DNA from: an uncultured SAR86 cluster bacterium | GTDB lineage: Bacteria > Pseudomonadota > Gammaproteobacteria > Magnimaribacterales > D2472 | Assembly: GCA_902509965.1 (NCBI GenBank) | Contig: CABWZP010000001.1 | Location: 72,694 to 136,693 of the forward strand | DNA length: 64,000 nt | Direction of reading: 5' to 3' | Shown here: positions 28,231 to 37,822 of the stretch, piece after piece | How positions within the stretch are numbered: the stretch's first letter is position 1 | How the letters are laid out: each line of letters opens with the position of its first letter | Program-made: the position numbers and the translations under genes | The notes under the pieces: model-generated | Told to the model about the DNA's origin: nothing | The model's input: the letters and a program-made list of their open reading frames with translations, nothing else | The model's database searches: none

Positions 28231-29445
28231 ATGCCTGAATCAATTGCTCAACAATTTAAATCTCTACTAGAAGAAAATTTATCTATAGACCTAACGCGTG
28301 GAAAGCCTAGTTCATCTCAATTAGATCTATCAAATGAGCTCTTAAGTATTCCTTTACAGCCATTAACTGAAGATGGGGTAGATATACGAAATTATGGTGA
28401 ACCGCTTGGCATTCATCAAGCAAGAGAGTTAGGAGCAGAGTTATTGGACAGCCCAATTACCCATACAATTGCAGCTGAGCAATCAAGTTTATTGCTATCT
28501 TATCAATTGCTTCTTGCCAGTCATCTTTTTGGCATTAATGGAAGGCCTTGGAAAGATATTGAAAATCCAAAATTTATATGCCCAACTCCTGGATTTGATA
28601 GACATTTTAATATGTTAGATGAGCTTGGGATTGAAATGCTATCAGTACCTTTAGTTGGAAATGGACTTGATCTTGATATTTTAAGTGCAACTTTAGCTGA
28701 GCACGATGACATCGTTGGTCTTATTAGTGTTCCAAGACACTCCAATCCTTCTGGTGATATCTATTCAGATAAAAATATTCTAAATATATTTGAGTTATGT
28801 TCTGAATATTCCGAAGATTTAATTTTTTTATTTGATAACGCATATTTAATTCATGATTTAACAAATGCACCAAATCAGACTTCAATATGGGCATTAGCAG
28901 AGCAAGCTGGTGTTTTAAATCAAACTGCAGTTCTAACCTCGTTTTCTAAGGTTACATTCGGCGGGGGTGGTTTAGCTTTCTTTGCGGGCGGCGATGGCAC
29001 TTTCTCTTTACTTAAAAAGATTAGAGGCTCAATGATTATTTGTCCTGATAAAGTAAACCAATTACGTCATGTAGCTTTTTTTAAGAATAAAGAAAATATA
29101 ATTTTGCATATGCAAAAACATGCAGCAATCATCGAGCCAAAGTTTGTATTAACTTCCTCTATTTTAAGAACAATTCCAGAAGAATGTGGAACCTTCTCAA
29201 ATCCCACCGGAGGATATTTTATTACTTATAAGACTACTAAACCCATAGCTTCTAAAGTTATAGAGATGTGCAAGAGAGCAGGTGTTTTAATAACTCCAGC
29301 TGGTGCAACCTTCCCTCATGGAGTAGATCCTCAGGATAGCATTATTAGATTAGCACCTACTTTTGTTGAGGCTATTGAGTTACAAAAAGCTATTGAAGTT
29401 TTTGCAGCCGCTGTGCAGATAGCACATTTTAATTTAGGAACTTAA
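28231..29445 (+). CDS. PLP-dependent aminotransferase, class I/II fold, specificity unknown
   Basis: 404 aa with an SFSK PLP-lysine motif (TSFSKVTFGGGGLAFF) and an upstream PRHSNPSG block. Confidence 0.7.
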   Translation: MPESIAQQFKSLLEENLSIDLTRGKPSSSQLDLSNELLSIPLQPLTEDGVDIRNYGEPLGIHQARELGAELLDSPITHTIAAEQSSLLLSYQLLLASHLFGINGRPWKDIENPKFICPTPGFDRHFNMLDELGIEMLSVPLVGNGLDLDILSATLAEHDDIVGLISVPRHSNPSGDIYSDKNILNIFELCSEYSEDLIFLFDNAYLIHDLTNAPNQTSIWALAEQAGVLNQTAVLTSFSKVTFGGGGLAFFAGGDGTFSLLKKIRGSMIICPDKVNQLRHVAFFKNKENIILHMQKHAAIIEPKFVLTSSILRTIPEECGTFSNPTGGYFITYKTTKPIASKVIEMCKRAGVLITPAGATFPHGVDPQDSIIRLAPTFVEAIELQKAIEVFAAAVQIAHFNLGT

Positions 29446-29774
29446 TTCTTTGCTCTAGAGGCTGGAACATGACTTCCACTTTCGAAATGTGAAAAAATAC
29501 TTGAAATATCAGGATGATTAGCAGGCTTATTAAGATTCTCTAATAACAGATTTTGTTCAGAAACATATGCGATATAAAAAATGTCCTTATTTTCTGCAAG
29601 CACATGATAAAAAGGCTGATCTTTTGCTGGTCGCATGGTTTCTGGAATAGCCTCGTACCACTCCTCAGTATTATTAAACTCAGGATCTAGGTCAAAGATG
29701 ACCCCTCTAAAATCTAGAAATCTATGCTTAATTACATTACCGATGGAGAATTTTGCTTCTATTAATTCTTTCAT
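29442..29774 (-). CDS. hspQ: heat-shock protein HspQ (YccV, hemimethylated-DNA-binding domain)
   Basis: AKFSIGNVIKHRFLDFRGVIFDLDP and PFYHVLAEN blocks parallel E. coli HspQ. Confidence 0.85.
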   Translation of the reverse strand: MKELIEAKFSIGNVIKHRFLDFRGVIFDLDPEFNNTEEWYEAIPETMRPAKDQPFYHVLAENKDIFYIAYVSEQNLLLENLNKPANHPDISSIFSHFESGSHVPASRAKN

Positions 29775-29814
29775 AATTTATATAATATATTGGTATCACT
29801 AAAAGAGAAATATT

Positions 29815-30138
29815 ATGGATCAAGATATCATGGTTGTCTCCTCAAATCAGATTGAAGGAAGACGAATTTTAGAATACCTAGGAGTAGTAGCAGGGAGTAT
29901 TGTGAAATCTAGGAATGCAGGCAGTGACATTTTTGCTGGCCTAAAAAGTATTGTAGGAGGTGAACTAGTAGGCTATTCAAAACTACTTCAAAGAGCTAGG
30001 GACGATGCTTATCAACGAATGATAGAAGATGCAAAATCAAAAGGAGCAAATGCAATTATCGCTTTTAGATTTCAAACTTCAACAATCACAAAAGGTGCAT
30101 CTGAAGTGGTGGCTTATGGGACAGCGGTAAAGATATAA
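29815..30138 (+). CDS. ybjQ: YbjQ/UPF0145 family protein
   Basis: 107 aa; the pattern IFAGLKSIVGGELVGYSKLLQRARDDA...GANAII...GTAVK matches the UPF0145 family. Confidence 0.85.
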   Translation: MDQDIMVVSSNQIEGRRILEYLGVVAGSIVKSRNAGSDIFAGLKSIVGGELVGYSKLLQRARDDAYQRMIEDAKSKGANAIIAFRFQTSTITKGASEVVAYGTAVKI

Positions 30139-30153
30139 AAAAAGGACGTATCA

Positions 30154-30378
30154 ATGAATAAAACAGAAAAGACTGCTTTTAGAGAAGCGATAATAATTGT
30201 AATGATGGGCTGTATTATAAATTTCCCACTTCAAACATTTTTATTATGGCTAACTATCGATCAATGGTCGTGGACTAATACAATAATTATTTCACTCTTT
30301 ACTCAGGCAATATTAACTTTTGTAGCCTTGTTAAGGGTATATTCAATTCGAATGAGATTTCAAAGAGGAAAATTCTAG
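30154..30378 (+). CDS. small two-TM membrane protein, unknown function
   Basis: 74-aa ORF 15 nt downstream of ybjQ, with two clear hydrophobic helices and a basic C-terminus. I recognise no family. Confidence 0.4.
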   Translation: MNKTEKTAFREAIIIVMMGCIINFPLQTFLLWLTIDQWSWTNTIIISLFTQAILTFVALLRVYSIRMRFQRGKF

Positions 30379-30385
30379 AATATTT

Positions 30386-31573
30386 TTATAGTGCCCTTAG
30401 AGCATCAGTTATATTTTGTCTTGCTGCATTAAGCGCAGGCAAGAAACCTCCAATAAAACCAACTACTAATGCAAGAATTAGCCCCTGCATTATAATTTCT
30501 CCAGTAACAGCAAAATCAAACGAAGTTTGGCTAAATGTTCCGCCGGCTAGTGTTGAGACGGTATAACCGTTAAAAATTACATAAGCTAATCCAGCACCAA
30601 GCAATCCTCCCATTAGTGCCAAAATCATAGATTCAATCATTAATGCAGCTAATATAGAACTACCCCTAAAACCAACAGCTCTAAGAGTTCCAATTTCAAC
30701 CAGTCGAGTGGATACAGCGCTATACATAGAATTTAAAGCTGCAAAGATGGAACCAATCGCCATAATGATGGCAACTAAATAGCCAAAGCTGTTAATTATT
30801 CCTGAGACCCCAGATGCTTGATTTTTATAAAAATCTAATTCATTTTCAACTTTCACTTCGAGTCTTGGATCGTTTTCTATAAAAATAGCAAACTCATCAA
30901 AACTTGAAACAGATTCTAATCTTGCTATTGCATTTGATGTTGATGCTCCTCTTTGGAATGCAGATTGTGCTACTTTTACGTCAGCCCAAACCTCAGATTC
31001 ATGGACATCTCCTTCAGTACTAAAAACACCAACTACAGTCCACGTAGCATTTCTAAAGGTTACTTTTTCGCCAAGCTCAACACCTTCATATTGATCATAG
31101 GCTCCTCTACCAACAATAATTTCTGCTTTACCTGGTTCAAAGTTTCTTCCCTTAATGATCTTAGTTTCAGGTCTTACAGCAAAACTCATTGCATCAACAC
31201 CTCTTAATGGAAGATTTGAAGTATCCTCAGCACCTTTCTTCTTCAGATCTACAACTGTATAGACTTCAAATGCAATCATTGGCTCATTACCTAATTGTTT
31301 TAAGCCTGGAGCATTAGCCATAACATTAGCTTCTTCTATTGAAATAACGCTGCTCAATTCAGACGAAGATCCAGATCTCAAGATCATTGCTCTATCTTCT
31401 TCGCCAGTTCCCTCAACAGTAGATTGCAATCCGCTTGCCATAGCCAGCAAAGATACCATGACTGCAACCGAGCCAGCTATTCCAATAATAACTACTAAAG
31501 AAGAGCCAAAGCGTTGAGTTATAGATAGCAAATTCATATTTGTTACCGCTAATATTTGCCTAAACCATTTCAT
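30386..31573 (-). CDS. FtsX/MacB-type ABC permease, paralogue 3 (diverged)
   Basis: 395 aa: N-terminal TM helix, a ~220-aa extracytoplasmic domain and a C-terminal three-TM FtsX module (ALNSMYSAVSTRLVEIGTLRAVGF). Confidence 0.85.
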   Translation of the reverse strand: MKWFRQILAVTNMNLLSITQRFGSSLVVIIGIAGSVAVMVSLLAMASGLQSTVEGTGEEDRAMILRSGSSSELSSVISIEEANVMANAPGLKQLGNEPMIAFEVYTVVDLKKKGAEDTSNLPLRGVDAMSFAVRPETKIIKGRNFEPGKAEIIVGRGAYDQYEGVELGEKVTFRNATWTVVGVFSTEGDVHESEVWADVKVAQSAFQRGASTSNAIARLESVSSFDEFAIFIENDPRLEVKVENELDFYKNQASGVSGIINSFGYLVAIIMAIGSIFAALNSMYSAVSTRLVEIGTLRAVGFRGSSILAALMIESMILALMGGLLGAGLAYVIFNGYTVSTLAGGTFSQTSFDFAVTGEIIMQGLILALVVGFIGGFLPALNAARQNITDALRAL

Positions 31574-31575
31574 AA

Positions 31576-32736
31576 TTAATCCTTTTTAAGAGCATCAACA
31601 ACTTTTAACCTCATTGCACCTAGAGCAGGAGGAAAACCAGAAACAAATGCAGTAATAATAGCTATACCTAATCCTGAGAGTATCACTGATATCTCTAAAG
31701 AAATCTCTCCAAGAGATACTGATACCATTTCTGAAAGTGCTGGCATCATAATCGCTGTAATACCAAGACCAAGAAGGGCGCCAATAATACAAAGAACGAG
31801 GGATTCAATTAGTACTAAAGTCATAACCGTCATATCAGAAAATCCTATAGTCTTAAAGACAGCAAGCTCTGAAGTTCTCTCTCTGATAGATTGACTCATA
31901 GTATTTCCTGTTACCAATAATATTGTAAAAAATACAGCAGCTAGAATCGCATTCATAATAAAGCCTATGTCACCAATTTGACTCGCAAACATCTGTTGAT
32001 ATGCTTTTTCTGTTGATGTCTTTGTTTCATCCATTGAGTTTGCAAACATCGCATCAATTTCTTTTGCTACTCTTGGGCCATCATTTTTATCGGTTAACTT
32101 AACTATAAAATTACCAACTACTCCTCTCCATTCCTCCTCTCTAGCTTCATCAAAATATTGATAATTTAAAAAAACCTGATCTTCATTCCCAGGATTTTCA
32201 ATATCAGTAAAAGTACCGACTAAATCAAATTCCCATAAGTTTGTTCCATCATCTAAAAAATAAATGTCTCCAATAATAGGAATCCTATCTCCAATTTTCC
32301 AATTAAATCTATCTATTATTTTTTGGCCCGCAATCATACCTGTTCTCGTTGAGATAAAAGCTTCTTTATGCTGATCGCTAATTTTAAATTCTTGATAAAT
32401 ATCTAAAAACTCTTTTGGTGGGACTGGCCATTTTGGAAAAAAATTAGCTCTGTCTATATAAGTTCCGCCAAACCAATCTTGATGAGCAACAATTTCGACA
32501 CCATCAATACCCCTTATTCTTTGTAAATAAGCAATAGGCATAGAGTCAATGATTGAATATTTAGAAGATACTATCAATCTATCATCGCCAGATAAGTCGA
32601 CGTCCTCTGTAAATATTACTGCAACTGATCGCAAGAGCCCAAATAATAAAAAAGCAATGACTAATGATGAAATGGTTAATCCAGTTCGCCATTTTTTTCT
32701 TTTTAAAGCCGCCAGAATGATGATCCAATATTTCAT
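31576..32736 (-). CDS. FtsX/MacB-type ABC permease, paralogue 2
   Basis: 386 aa with the same architecture. The block FFTILLVTGNTMSQSIRERTSELAVFKTIGF is nearly identical to that in paralogue 1. Confidence 0.85.
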   Translation of the reverse strand: MKYWIIILAALKRKKWRTGLTISSLVIAFLLFGLLRSVAVIFTEDVDLSGDDRLIVSSKYSIIDSMPIAYLQRIRGIDGVEIVAHQDWFGGTYIDRANFFPKWPVPPKEFLDIYQEFKISDQHKEAFISTRTGMIAGQKIIDRFNWKIGDRIPIIGDIYFLDDGTNLWEFDLVGTFTDIENPGNEDQVFLNYQYFDEAREEEWRGVVGNFIVKLTDKNDGPRVAKEIDAMFANSMDETKTSTEKAYQQMFASQIGDIGFIMNAILAAVFFTILLVTGNTMSQSIRERTSELAVFKTIGFSDMTVMTLVLIESLVLCIIGALLGLGITAIMMPALSEMVSVSLGEISLEISVILSGLGIAIITAFVSGFPPALGAMRLKVVDALKKD

Positions 32737-32738
32737 AA

Positions 32739-33890
32739 TTATCCTTTTGCTAAAGCATCTACTACTTTTAACTTATAGGCTTGATAAGCTGGAAGAATTC
32801 CAGCAAGAGAGGCCATCAGGACACCAATTAAAATACCTCTGATAACTTGATAAAAATCAAAGACAATAATTCCACCAGTAAGACCACCACTCGCTTGGTC
32901 TATGAATGGCATAGTGATGAGAGTTAGCATTAAACCCAATGAAGCTCCTATCAAGATAATAAAATTACTTTCTAGAAGTATAGAGATAAATATTTGCCCA
33001 TCTTTATAACCTAAACTTTTTAGGATTGCTAAATCACTTGTTCTTTCGCGTACAGATTGACTCATAGTGTTTGCAGTAACTAGGAGTAATGTAAAAAATA
33101 CAGCAGAAATAATAGCTGTAATAATTAATTTAATATCTCCGATATCTGATAACATTTTTTGAGATAAGGTAATTTCATTTCCAGTGAAGGTTGCATATGC
33201 TGAGTTTTTGTAATTATTATCAATAATGTTACTAACTTCATCAGCTTTTGATGGATCATCAAGATTAAACATTATCATTGATACAGTTCCTTTATTAGCA
33301 ATTCTTGCTTCTTCTACATATTCATTTCTGACCATAATACCCAGTTCATCTGCAGCAGGGTTTGTTGTATAAATACCCTCTATCACAAATTCCCATACAT
33401 TTGAGCCATCATTCTTTTCTGAAAAAGTTGGAATTGAAACTAGATCACCGACTTTCCAGCCCTTTATATCAGCTGCTGCCTTACCGGCGAGAGCGCCTCT
33501 TCTATTTGAAAAAAACGCTTCTTTTTCTTCAGGCAAAGCTTCGAACCGATCCATAACTTTGAAGTAATCTTTACTTATAGCAAAGATAGGAATATTTTCA
33601 GTCATGGAGTTTATATCCATCGAAAGCACATCTAACCAAGCAATGTTAGCAATACCTTCTAAAGATTCTAAGTAATTAATATGTGACTGAGGCAGTCTCC
33701 CAAACATCATGTCGTGCTTGGGCATAATAATCATGCGTTCAGCATTGATTTCACCAGCTGCTCCAGAAAATAATGGATCAGCTGAGTGAAGTAAACCATA
33801 TAGAAAAAATGCTATAACAACAGATAGCATTGTTAGAAGGCTTCTTATCCTCTTTCTAATAACACCAGCTTTAACTAGAATCCAGTACAC
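32739..33890 (-). CDS. FtsX/MacB-type ABC permease, paralogue 1
   Basis: 383 aa with the same architecture; block FFTLLLVTANTMSQSVRERTSDLAILKSLGY. Confidence 0.85.
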   Translation of the reverse strand: MYWILVKAGVIRKRIRSLLTMLSVVIAFFLYGLLHSADPLFSGAAGEINAERMIIMPKHDMMFGRLPQSHINYLESLEGIANIAWLDVLSMDINSMTENIPIFAISKDYFKVMDRFEALPEEKEAFFSNRRGALAGKAAADIKGWKVGDLVSIPTFSEKNDGSNVWEFVIEGIYTTNPAADELGIMVRNEYVEEARIANKGTVSMIMFNLDDPSKADEVSNIIDNNYKNSAYATFTGNEITLSQKMLSDIGDIKLIITAIISAVFFTLLLVTANTMSQSVRERTSDLAILKSLGYKDGQIFISILLESNFIILIGASLGLMLTLITMPFIDQASGGLTGGIIVFDFYQVIRGILIGVLMASLAGILPAYQAYKLKVVDALAKG

Positions 33891-33892
33891 AA

Positions 33893-34570
33893 TTAAATTA
33901 TCAACTTACCTTTATCCAAATGAAGTGATCTTTTTGCAGATTCTGCAGCGGCAGGGTCATGAGTAACCATTAAAATTGTCTTTCCATGATCTTCATTTAA
34001 ACTTTTTAATAGATTGAGGATATCTGTAGCAGTATCTCTATCTAAATCACCAGTAGGTTCATCACAAACCAAAATATCAGGATCAGATACCAGAGCTCTG
34101 GCAATAGCCACTCTTTGTTGTTGACCACCTGAAAGCTCACTTGGCTTATGACCAGATCTATCTGCTAAGCCAACTATATTTAAAGCTGTTTCAACATGTT
34201 TTTTTCTTTGGGCGCCAGACAGGTTAGTAAGAAGAAGAGGGAGCTCAATATTTTTTTGAGCTGTTAACACCGGAAGGAGATTATAAAATTGAAAAATAAA
34301 ACCTACGTTACTTGCTCTCCAATTACTTAGTTGTTTTGAGTTCATTTGGTCAATTCTCTCACCATTAATAGAAACGGAACCACTTGAAGGAGTATCTAAG
34401 CCTCCTATAAGGTTTAAAAGTGTTGATTTTCCTGACCCTGATGGTCCCATTAAAGCTAAATAGTCTTCTTTAGGTATCTCTAAATTAAGATCATCTAATA
34501 CTACCAAGGTTTCACCACCACGCTTATATTCTTTTGAAAGGTTTTTAACATCCACCAATATTTCTGACAT
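33893..34570 (-). CDS. ABC transporter ATP-binding protein (MacB/LolD-type)
   Basis: Walker A GPSGSGKST, signature LSGGQQQRV, Walker B ILVCDEPTGDLD, H-loop VTHD; 225 aa. Confidence 0.93.
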   Translation of the reverse strand: MSEILVDVKNLSKEYKRGGETLVVLDDLNLEIPKEDYLALMGPSGSGKSTLLNLIGGLDTPSSGSVSINGERIDQMNSKQLSNWRASNVGFIFQFYNLLPVLTAQKNIELPLLLTNLSGAQRKKHVETALNIVGLADRSGHKPSELSGGQQQRVAIARALVSDPDILVCDEPTGDLDRDTATDILNLLKSLNEDHGKTILMVTHDPAAAESAKRSLHLDKGKLII

Positions 34571-34578
34571 ATTACTTC

Positions 34579-35724
34579 CTATTTAATTAATACTTCTTGA
34601 CCATTTTGCAGTTCATTATTTGGATCTGTAACTACATTATCACCAACTTCAATTCCATTTGTTATTCTGCTGAAATTTGAAGATAAACTTCCAACAGTCA
34701 CTTTAGTTTTTCTTATAAGACCATTTTGAATAACAAACACATAAGATAAATTGCCTTCCTTCACTAAGGATGAAGATGGAATCATTACTCCTTCAAGTTT
34801 TTCAGGAGTTTCAATAACCTGATCTTTTAGGAATGAAACTTTTGCTCCCATATCTGGCAGAACCCTTGCATCTTTTTCTAACAAGCCAATTCTTACCTTA
34901 ACAGTTGCTTTATTTCTATCAGCAGTAGGAATAATTGCTATAACCTCAGATGAAATATCCCAATTCGGATATGCATTAAGATTAGTAATTGCAGGCTGAC
35001 CTGGTTGAACTCTATTGATATATGATTCATTTACATCAACTTCAACTTCTAAAGAGCTCATGTCTACTATTGTTCCTATACCAGTTCTGGTGAAGCCTCC
35101 GCCAGCAGAAACTGGAGATATCATTTCACCTGGTTGAGCAGCTTTATTGATAACTACTCCAGAGAATGGAGCGCGTATTTGCATATCAGCAACTATTTGC
35201 TTGCTTATATCTAATCTCGCTTTTAAGCCATCAACTTGTGACTCAGCTGCATCCAATGAAGCTTGACTAGCAAGATTATCTTTCCTTAATTCTGAAGTCC
35301 TATTAAATACTCTCTGCGCTTCCTTTAACTGAGTTTTGGCAAAATTTAGTTCGGCTTGAACAGAGCTATCATCTAATTGTGCAAGTATTTGTCCCTTTTC
35401 AACAAACATTCCTTCTTCAATAAAGACTTCTAATACTTTGCCAGTTATTTTTGATGAGACAGTTGCTTGCATTCTAGCAGTTACATAGCCCGATGCATCT
35501 AAAACACTTGCAGAAGAATTATTTGATTGACCTGCCGGTATGGCTTTATATGCTGAGACTTCTAATATCTCATCTTCGGAAAGAAAAATAAATTTTGTAA
35601 CAACTAGAATAAAAATAGATACAACTACAATAGTAATTATTTTTGATAATGGGGATTTCTCAGAATTATTACTATCCGATCGATCAATTTTTAAATCATT
35701 TAAAAGATCTTTTTTATCACTCAT
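34579..35724 (-). CDS. HlyD-family periplasmic adaptor (membrane fusion protein)
   Basis: N-terminal TM anchor, lipoyl-like and coiled-coil hairpin segments, beta-barrel C-terminus; 381 aa. It is the first gene of the efflux operon. Confidence 0.88.
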   Translation of the reverse strand: MSDKKDLLNDLKIDRSDSNNSEKSPLSKIITIVVVSIFILVVTKFIFLSEDEILEVSAYKAIPAGQSNNSSASVLDASGYVTARMQATVSSKITGKVLEVFIEEGMFVEKGQILAQLDDSSVQAELNFAKTQLKEAQRVFNRTSELRKDNLASQASLDAAESQVDGLKARLDISKQIVADMQIRAPFSGVVINKAAQPGEMISPVSAGGGFTRTGIGTIVDMSSLEVEVDVNESYINRVQPGQPAITNLNAYPNWDISSEVIAIIPTADRNKATVKVRIGLLEKDARVLPDMGAKVSFLKDQVIETPEKLEGVMIPSSSLVKEGNLSYVFVIQNGLIRKTKVTVGSLSSNFSRITNGIEVGDNVVTDPNNELQNGQEVLIK

Positions 35725-35772
35725 TTCTAGCCCCTCAATGTAATTCTACACGAACAGACGAGGATTTAGCTG

Positions 35773-36624
35773 TTAGAGGTTCGGATTTTTATTTTTATGA
35801 AGATCCCATTCTGGCGGGCCAAAGAATGAATTAAGTTTATCAGTTAAGTTATTAGAGTTTTGGAAGTCTTCAATCATTTTAATCCAGTTCATGAATGTTA
35901 TTTTAATTGGATTAAATGTTTTAACATTCTCAGTTATTCCAAAAATAACTTTACTTTTTTCTTTAGCATAAGTGCCAAAAATTCTATCCCATACTATAAA
36001 CATATTCCCATAATTTTTATCTATATATTCTGGATTAGAAGCATGATGAACTCTATGAGATGACGGAGTAACAAATACATACTCTAGAATCCCGAGTGTT
36101 CTTATTGATTGAGTATGACCTGTAATTCCCCATAAAGTTGCAGCTGCTCCTGCTAGGGCTGTAATTAGAGGATCAAATCCTATTAGAGGAAGTACTAAGA
36201 AAAAAGGAACTTTGGTTAGAGGGCCAAACCAAGCCTGACGCAGGGCTACAGTAAAATTCATTTCTTCACTAGAGTGATGATTCATATGTACTGCCCACAT
36301 AAATCTAACTCTATGAGAAAATCTGTGATACCAATAAAAAACAAAATCTATTACTAGGAATGTCAGAATCCATACTGCCACTGATGAAAAAATTTCGTTA
36401 ATAGTGAATATTCGAAACTCATATAAATAAAAATAGAAAAATAAAATAAAGCCTTTTGTACCAATATTAACAACAATATTGCCCGCTAAGAGGCCAAATC
36501 CAGCCATGCTATCATTTAGTTTGTATAAGGAAAGGTCATTAATTTTTGAATAAATTGTTTCAGCAATAATCATGCTAATGACAATAGGAATTCCATAGGT
36601 ATAAAGATTTAAATCAGTCATCAC
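35773..36624 (-). CDS. fatty acid hydroxylase / sterol desaturase superfamily membrane di-iron enzyme
   Basis: Multi-TM 283-aa protein with three His boxes: HRFSH, HMNHH and HRVHH. Confidence 0.8.
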   Translation of the reverse strand: MMTDLNLYTYGIPIVISMIIAETIYSKINDLSLYKLNDSMAGFGLLAGNIVVNIGTKGFILFFYFYLYEFRIFTINEIFSSVAVWILTFLVIDFVFYWYHRFSHRVRFMWAVHMNHHSSEEMNFTVALRQAWFGPLTKVPFFLVLPLIGFDPLITALAGAAATLWGITGHTQSIRTLGILEYVFVTPSSHRVHHASNPEYIDKNYGNMFIVWDRIFGTYAKEKSKVIFGITENVKTFNPIKITFMNWIKMIEDFQNSNNLTDKLNSFFGPPEWDLHKNKNPNL

Positions 36625-36631
36625 TCCAATA

Positions 36632-37768
36632 TTACTTGTGCGGGGTAACTAAAAACTTAGTTCCTGTTGCTTGCTTTCCATAACTTTGAATTGCTTCAGG
36701 CTGAAGCATTTCTTCAAATGAAACTTCTTGAGTGTAATGACTAGCAAAAGTAGTAGTAATTTCTTTAGCAACTCTTTCACGCATAGCCATGAATTTCTCC
36801 ATTCCTATTCTTCCAATCATTGGGGTTAACAACCATCCACCAAGACCCCATGACATCCCATATGACCTATTTAGAACAGTGGGAGATGGATCCAAGCCTC
36901 CATAAATATAAACCTGCTTATAAGTGTCAGATCCATATCTACTATACTCGGCGGCTGTCTTATTTGCTGCTATCTCCATTGCTGATAATATTTGACCTGC
37001 CAATTTCCCTTCATTTCCTCCGCCTGTCGCATCAAAACCTAGCGTTGCTCCTGTTGCTACAAGAGCATCTACCAGACTATCCATAAAATCAGGAGAGCTT
37101 GTATTACATACATATTCAGCTCCAAGATCTTTTAATAACTCTACATGTTCATCTTTTCGAACAATATTAACTAGCGGCACTGAATCATCTTTACAAATCT
37201 TTACAAGCATCTGCCCAAGATTAGATGCAGCAGCTGTATGAACAAGACCTGTATGATTTTCTAATTTCATTGTTTCTATAAAGGCCAGTGCAGTTAGTGG
37301 ATTTACAAAAGATGAAGCAGCATCTTTAGAAGAAGTGCCATCTTCCATAACTAAGCAGTTCATTGCTGGCACACATCTGTATTCTGAATACATTGCACCA
37401 CCGGCAACACCAACAGTTTTTCCAATAAGATGTTGAGCATTCGCTCCTGCAGCTTCCACAACTCCTGCACCCTCATTGCCAACTTGCATTGATTGATCTA
37501 GTCTTGGTGCCATAGCTTTCATTAAACCTTTATGAATATCCATGGTTGCAACTGTTTCATTCCCAGAACCTGAGACTGAAAGTGTTGTTGGATCAGAAGC
37601 AAAACTAACTAAAAGAGCAAGATCAGATGGATTAATGGGAGCAGCTTCAACCTTAATTAGCACTTCATCTTCTTTAGGGGTTGGTTTTTCAACTGTTGCA
37701 ATGGATATATGTAATTTCCCTTCGCTAGTAATTTCTGATCTTATTTCTCGTGAAGTCTCTTGTGTCAT
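36632..37768 (-). CDS. medium-chain dehydrogenase/reductase (zinc-type ADH / quinone-oxidoreductase-like)
   Basis: 378 aa with a GroES-like N-terminal domain (EVLIKVEAAPINPSD) and a Rossmann region; MDR-family pattern. Confidence 0.7.
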   Translation of the reverse strand: MTQETSREIRSEITSEGKLHISIATVEKPTPKEDEVLIKVEAAPINPSDLALLVSFASDPTTLSVSGSGNETVATMDIHKGLMKAMAPRLDQSMQVGNEGAGVVEAAGANAQHLIGKTVGVAGGAMYSEYRCVPAMNCLVMEDGTSSKDAASSFVNPLTALAFIETMKLENHTGLVHTAAASNLGQMLVKICKDDSVPLVNIVRKDEHVELLKDLGAEYVCNTSSPDFMDSLVDALVATGATLGFDATGGGNEGKLAGQILSAMEIAANKTAAEYSRYGSDTYKQVYIYGGLDPSPTVLNRSYGMSWGLGGWLLTPMIGRIGMEKFMAMRERVAKEITTTFASHYTQEVSFEEMLQPEAIQSYGKQATGTKFLVTPHK

Positions 37769-37822
37769 TTCTGTCCCCTATAATGTTGTAGAAAAATTAT
37801 ACCCCTTAGAGTTTACTTTAGG

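Noticed and set aside
30386-34570. Interpretation of the ATPase plus FtsX permeases as the lipoprotein-release system LolCDE
   Set aside because: The operon begins with a HlyD adaptor and has three permeases, not two. The gene order is ATPase-first rather than lolC-lolD-lolE. Lol systems have no membrane fusion protein.
35540-35834. Small plus-strand ORFs 35540-35743 and 35643-35834 around the adaptor gene start
   Set aside because: They are antisense to the adaptor 5' end and to the hydroxylase 3' end. They are low in complexity and have no start-site signals.
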